47,465 bases of DNA from a virus (Duplodnaviria > Heunggongvirae > Uroviricota > Caudoviricetes): the IMG/VR virus record IMGVR_UViG_3300034196_000151, one strand, 5' to 3'. Positions 44,546-47,465 of the stretch are shown here, piece by piece. The position numbers were made by a program, and so were the translations under genes. The notes below the pieces were generated by a model, which saw only the letters and a list, made by a program, of their open reading frames with translations, made no database searches and was not told where the DNA came from. Position 1 is the stretch's first letter; every line of letters begins with the position of its first letter.

Positions 44546-45778
44546 TCATAAAGTGACATTAACAACTATTTCTTTCGAGTCGGAAATTCCGTTGTAGTCA
44601 TGGCTTTCAAGTCGCATAGTATAAGTACCTACGGAGCCAAAATAATAATTAATGTTTCGAGTCGATGGAGTTAACTCTGATGGCGATGAAAAAAGACCAG
44701 AAATAACATATTTAACTATGGGGTCATTACCAGACCAGACAAGAGATTGATATCCTCTTTTAACGGTGATTTCATTCGATACACCATTAATGGTCAATGC
44801 GTTTATTTTTGAAGGATTATAAATTTTTATAGTGGCATTCATATTTTTTTGAAGCACTGCGGAATCAAATCCTGTGCCTTCTAGAGAAGGCAATACCCAT
44901 GTTGTGACCTTTGTCATAGGTATTTTATAGCGGTTGGCGTCAGGATTAGGGATAGTTGCTCGTTCTATGTCAGGTGCAGATGGATTGGGGTCTGATGCAT
45001 CTCTTGCTAACAATCGTAAGTCTTTAATGTTTGTACCCTCCCATTCAACATCAAGCGTTCCACCAACAGGAATAGCAATACCATTGCCCAAAGAGCCACC
45101 AGTATAAAATTGAAGTGGATTCGTAATTTTTGCAGACGTTAATGTCATTCGACCACGAACAGGCACTGAAACAGTCGCTGTTTTAATATTTTCATTATCA
45201 AGAGAATAGGCTGTCATTAAATAACTGACAATATCACCTGTTACAATACCACCAGTATTGGCAGAGAAACTACCAGTAGTTGGCTGTTTACCAGCAGGGA
45301 TAGACGCACTACCTGATAACAATTTAAATTCTACATAATCGGCATTATCAACTTGCCAAGAAAGATTGATTTTTTGACCGATTGTAATGCCGCGTTCGGC
45401 TGAAATAAAAGAGAGTATTTCAACAGGCGGAAAGATGACTGTTATTGGAAAGCTTTCTGTCAAAGAGTTGCTTTTATTGTTGACTTTTACATCAATGGAA
45501 CCTGATTTAGTAGGTTTAACATTGGCAGATCCTGAATGACTGTAAAAAGTACCAGAATAAGGGATAACAATAGAGGTGAGCTTATCATATTTCCATTCAA
45601 TAGTGAGACTTTCGCCTAGTGTGACAGTGTTCTTATTCGCAGTCACATTGCCTGTCAAAGATAAGTCTTCTGGCTCTATAAACATAGCCGGATCAAGCGG
45701 AATTCTAACTGAATAATCAGCAAAAACAGTGGGAGTAATGATGAAGTTAGCTATTATTAGTGGTAGATACTTATTCAT
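44546..45778 (-). CDS. Secreted beta-rich (Ig/PKD-like repeat) protein (410 aa)
   Basis: Signal peptide ending VFA/DYSVRIPL; repeated I/L-x-W segments and Ser/Thr-rich strands; AT-rich. Confidence 0.7.
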   Translation of the reverse strand: MNKYLPLIIANFIITPTVFADYSVRIPLDPAMFIEPEDLSLTGNVTANKNTVTLGESLTIEWKYDKLTSIVIPYSGTFYSHSGSANVKPTKSGSIDVKVNNKSNSLTESFPITVIFPPVEILSFISAERGITIGQKINLSWQVDNADYVEFKLLSGSASIPAGKQPTTGSFSANTGGIVTGDIVSYLMTAYSLDNENIKTATVSVPVRGRMTLTSAKITNPLQFYTGGSLGNGIAIPVGGTLDVEWEGTNIKDLRLLARDASDPNPSAPDIERATIPNPDANRYKIPMTKVTTWVLPSLEGTGFDSAVLQKNMNATIKIYNPSKINALTINGVSNEITVKRGYQSLVWSGNDPIVKYVISGLFSSPSELTPSTRNINYYFGSVGTYTMRLESHDYNGISDSKEIVVNVTL

Positions 45779-45851
45779 ATGTTATCTCTTTATTATAATA
45801 AAAATATAACATATAAAATATAATATAAAAGACCCACCTGTCAAAACAAAC

Positions 45852-45873
45852 AAAAAAGCAGCCGAAGCTGCTT
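45852..45873 (-). terminator. Intrinsic terminator with C(UUCG)G loop
   Basis: AGCAGC-TTCG-GCTGCT followed by a T-run. Confidence 0.85.
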
Positions 45874-45947
45874 AATGTTCTATTACACTTGTTATTATTC
45901 AATCATTAACTGAACAATGACACTAAATTTAATGACAACTCCTGACT

Positions 45948-46208
45948 TTAAGGTGTAATGATGTCGATAATTTGCGAAAAGTGCTTCCAGTAGGCAAGGC
46001 ATTCCGCAACAAATTCCATGCGTTCTACACAATCGTTCAATGTAGCAGACATCATCAATTCGCCATCTTTGTCATAGATATCGGCGTAAATGAAGAAGTT
46101 GTTTGGATTGTGTTTAGGAGCTTTACACACGATGTTCTTGATAGACGCACCAACATAGCGTTCGGCCATCTTCAGTTGTTCTTCAGTAAAGGTTTTAGAA
46201 AGTGTCAT
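45948..46208 (-). CDS. Hypothetical protein (86 aa)
   Basis: SD AAGGA; divergent from the Nudix gene. Confidence 0.6.
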   Translation of the reverse strand: MTLSKTFTEEQLKMAERYVGASIKNIVCKAPKHNPNNFFIYADIYDKDGELMMSATLNDCVERMEFVAECLAYWKHFSQIIDIITP

Positions 46209-46335
46209 GATTGGCTTCCTTTTGAATGTGGTGATATTTTAGCAAAAATAAGGATAAAAAACAACTATTTTCTTATTTAAAAAACATATGATTAGTTGTG
46301 AATTTGTGCTAAAATGGCTAAAAATGGAGACAAAT

Positions 46336-46947
46336 ATGAATAGACCTTACAAATTATTGGATGAAAAAATTCAAATCAATTATCCCTTCATGCAAGTGGG
46401 TTTCCGACATTTTGAATTTGAAAAGTTCAAAGGTGATCGTGGCGAGCTGAATTTTATTATTGTCAAAAAAGCGGATGCTGTCTGCCTAACGTTATATGAC
46501 AAAGACAAAGATTCGTTTTTGCTCATTCGCCAGTTCAGGCCGGGTGCAGCGATCAATGATTATGACACCAATCCTTATATCTGGAGTGTGGTTGCCGGTC
46601 ATATTGACATCGTAAATGGTGTTCGTGAAAATCCCCGAGATGCTGCAGCCCGAGAAGCAAACGAAGAAGCGGGCGTCATCGTCAACGAATTCAATTTGAT
46701 CGATCTGGGGTCTGGGTATACCAGTGCTGGCTCATCCAGTGAAAAGCATTATCATTACCTGTGTGCCTTCAATTCAGTAGACGTTGATAAAACGAAAGCG
46801 TATGGCATTGATGATGAAGATATCGAGGTCGGTATCTTTACCAGTGATGAAGCCTTAAAGATGATTGATAATGGTCAGATTGCTTGTAATGAGGCTATTC
46901 TGGGGATTAGAAGCACGTTGTTATTGAAATATACGGGAAAGCTCTAA
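46336..46947 (+). CDS. Nudix hydrolase, ADP-ribose pyrophosphatase (NudF)-like
   Basis: LLIRQFRP; Nudix box G...E-x7-REANEEAG; YTSAGSSSE; EDIEV. Confidence 0.85.
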   Translation: MNRPYKLLDEKIQINYPFMQVGFRHFEFEKFKGDRGELNFIIVKKADAVCLTLYDKDKDSFLLIRQFRPGAAINDYDTNPYIWSVVAGHIDIVNGVRENPRDAAAREANEEAGVIVNEFNLIDLGSGYTSAGSSSEKHYHYLCAFNSVDVDKTKAYGIDDEDIEVGIFTSDEALKMIDNGQIACNEAILGIRSTLLLKYTGKL

Positions 46948-46976
46948 TCGCTTCGATATTGCACAAATAAAAGCCC

Positions 46977-47450
46977 TTATTGGGCTTTTTTGTTGTCTGC
47001 AAGTTGTGGATTAACAGGATTATTCTTATATTCCAAAACACTAGTACAGTTTTTTTCTGGGCATGAACTATCAAATAAGATCGCTCGGTTACTATCTTGT
47101 ATATTATAAATCGAAAAATTCTCAAACATTGTTGTTAATTCGACAATTGAAGGATTCATGTCTTTATTATTTTTTTGCTCTCGTTGAATTAACTTTACTT
47201 GATCTTGTTGAAAATCATCATAAGATCTTTCTGAAATCCATTCGTTATAAGGCGTGTTATTAAACTTAAATATAGAACTATCTTCTTTTGTATAAAGTTT
47301 AAATGAATCAAAATTAGAATTTTTATAATGGATGGTCAAGTAAGTATTATATGGATAGTTTACTAAATCAAAAGGCTTACAGATAAACTTAACACAATCT
47401 AGCTTGCTGAATAAAGCAGTTTGAAAAGGAACTATTTCATTATAACGCAA
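46977..47450 (-). CDS. AT-rich hypothetical protein (157 aa)
   Basis: ORF convergent with the Nudix gene; overlaps a hairpin at ~46968-46991; start uncertain near window edge. Confidence 0.45.
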   Translation of the reverse strand: MRYNEIVPFQTALFSKLDCVKFICKPFDLVNYPYNTYLTIHYKNSNFDSFKLYTKEDSSIFKFNNTPYNEWISERSYDDFQQDQVKLIQREQKNNKDMNPSIVELTTMFENFSIYNIQDSNRAILFDSSCPEKNCTSVLEYKNNPVNPQLADNKKAQ

Positions 47451-47465
47451 CGTAATAATTTCTTT

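Noticed and set aside
9-47263. Long plus-strand ORFs such as 9-485, 7641-8183, 11839-12477, 17941-18495, 20438-20965, 21618-22364, 23213-23923, 30392-31123 and 35638-36243
   Set aside because: Antisense shadows of better-supported minus-strand genes; no SD/promoter context or recognisable motifs
1-47465. Integron cassette array
   Set aside because: Intergenic palindromes are short GC stems with UUCG loops and T tails (terminators), not attC sites with RYYYAAC/GTTRRRY ends; no integrase seen
1-47465. IS elements, integrase, virion or conjugation genes
   Set aside because: No DDE, tyrosine or serine recombinase, capsid, tail or T4SS motifs recognised, so phage versus plasmid cannot be decided from this window

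Overview
An AT-rich, gene-dense 47 kb stretch of a mobile replicon, most likely a gammaproteobacterial megaplasmid or the early/accessory region of a very large phage. No housekeeping operons, virion genes, integrase, transposase or cas genes are recognisable. About 100 mostly short genes lie almost entirely on the minus strand, many as self-contained sigma70 promoter-SD-ORF-terminator cassettes, often ending in C(UUCG)G hairpins. Recognisable products: thymidine kinase (cut by the window edge), a trypsin-like lipoprotein, a His-Me finger/Srd-like protein, KptA/Tpt1, a Pth2-like protein, a HEXXH peptidase, two SLOG-type proteins, a cyclic-phosphate receiver domain, a SleB-type cell-wall hydrolase, a SAM methyltransferase, a GNAT and a NudF-like Nudix hydrolase. 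Three tRNAs are present: Leu-UAA, Arg-UCU and Leu-CAA. The most interesting material is absent from the ORF track and sits in two RNA operons. (1) A 167-nt RNA at 36362-36528 with a tRNA acceptor stem, T arm and CCA, a tmRNA-like D-loop, a tmRNA-like resume motif and a 15-codon frame with a double stop, but no G3.U70 pair and no degron-like tag: a candidate miniature or repurposed tmRNA. (2) An operon encoding a 43-aa basic microprotein, two tRNAs, two 41-bp repeats each carrying an SD-led three-codon minigene, and a ~200-nt structured RNA. The microprotein has three further near-identical copies at 2.7-4.3 kb. Together with Pth2-like, KptA and cyclic-phosphate receiver genes, this suggests (inference) an element-encoded translation rescue or manipulation system. 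All family assignments are by eye; no searches were run.
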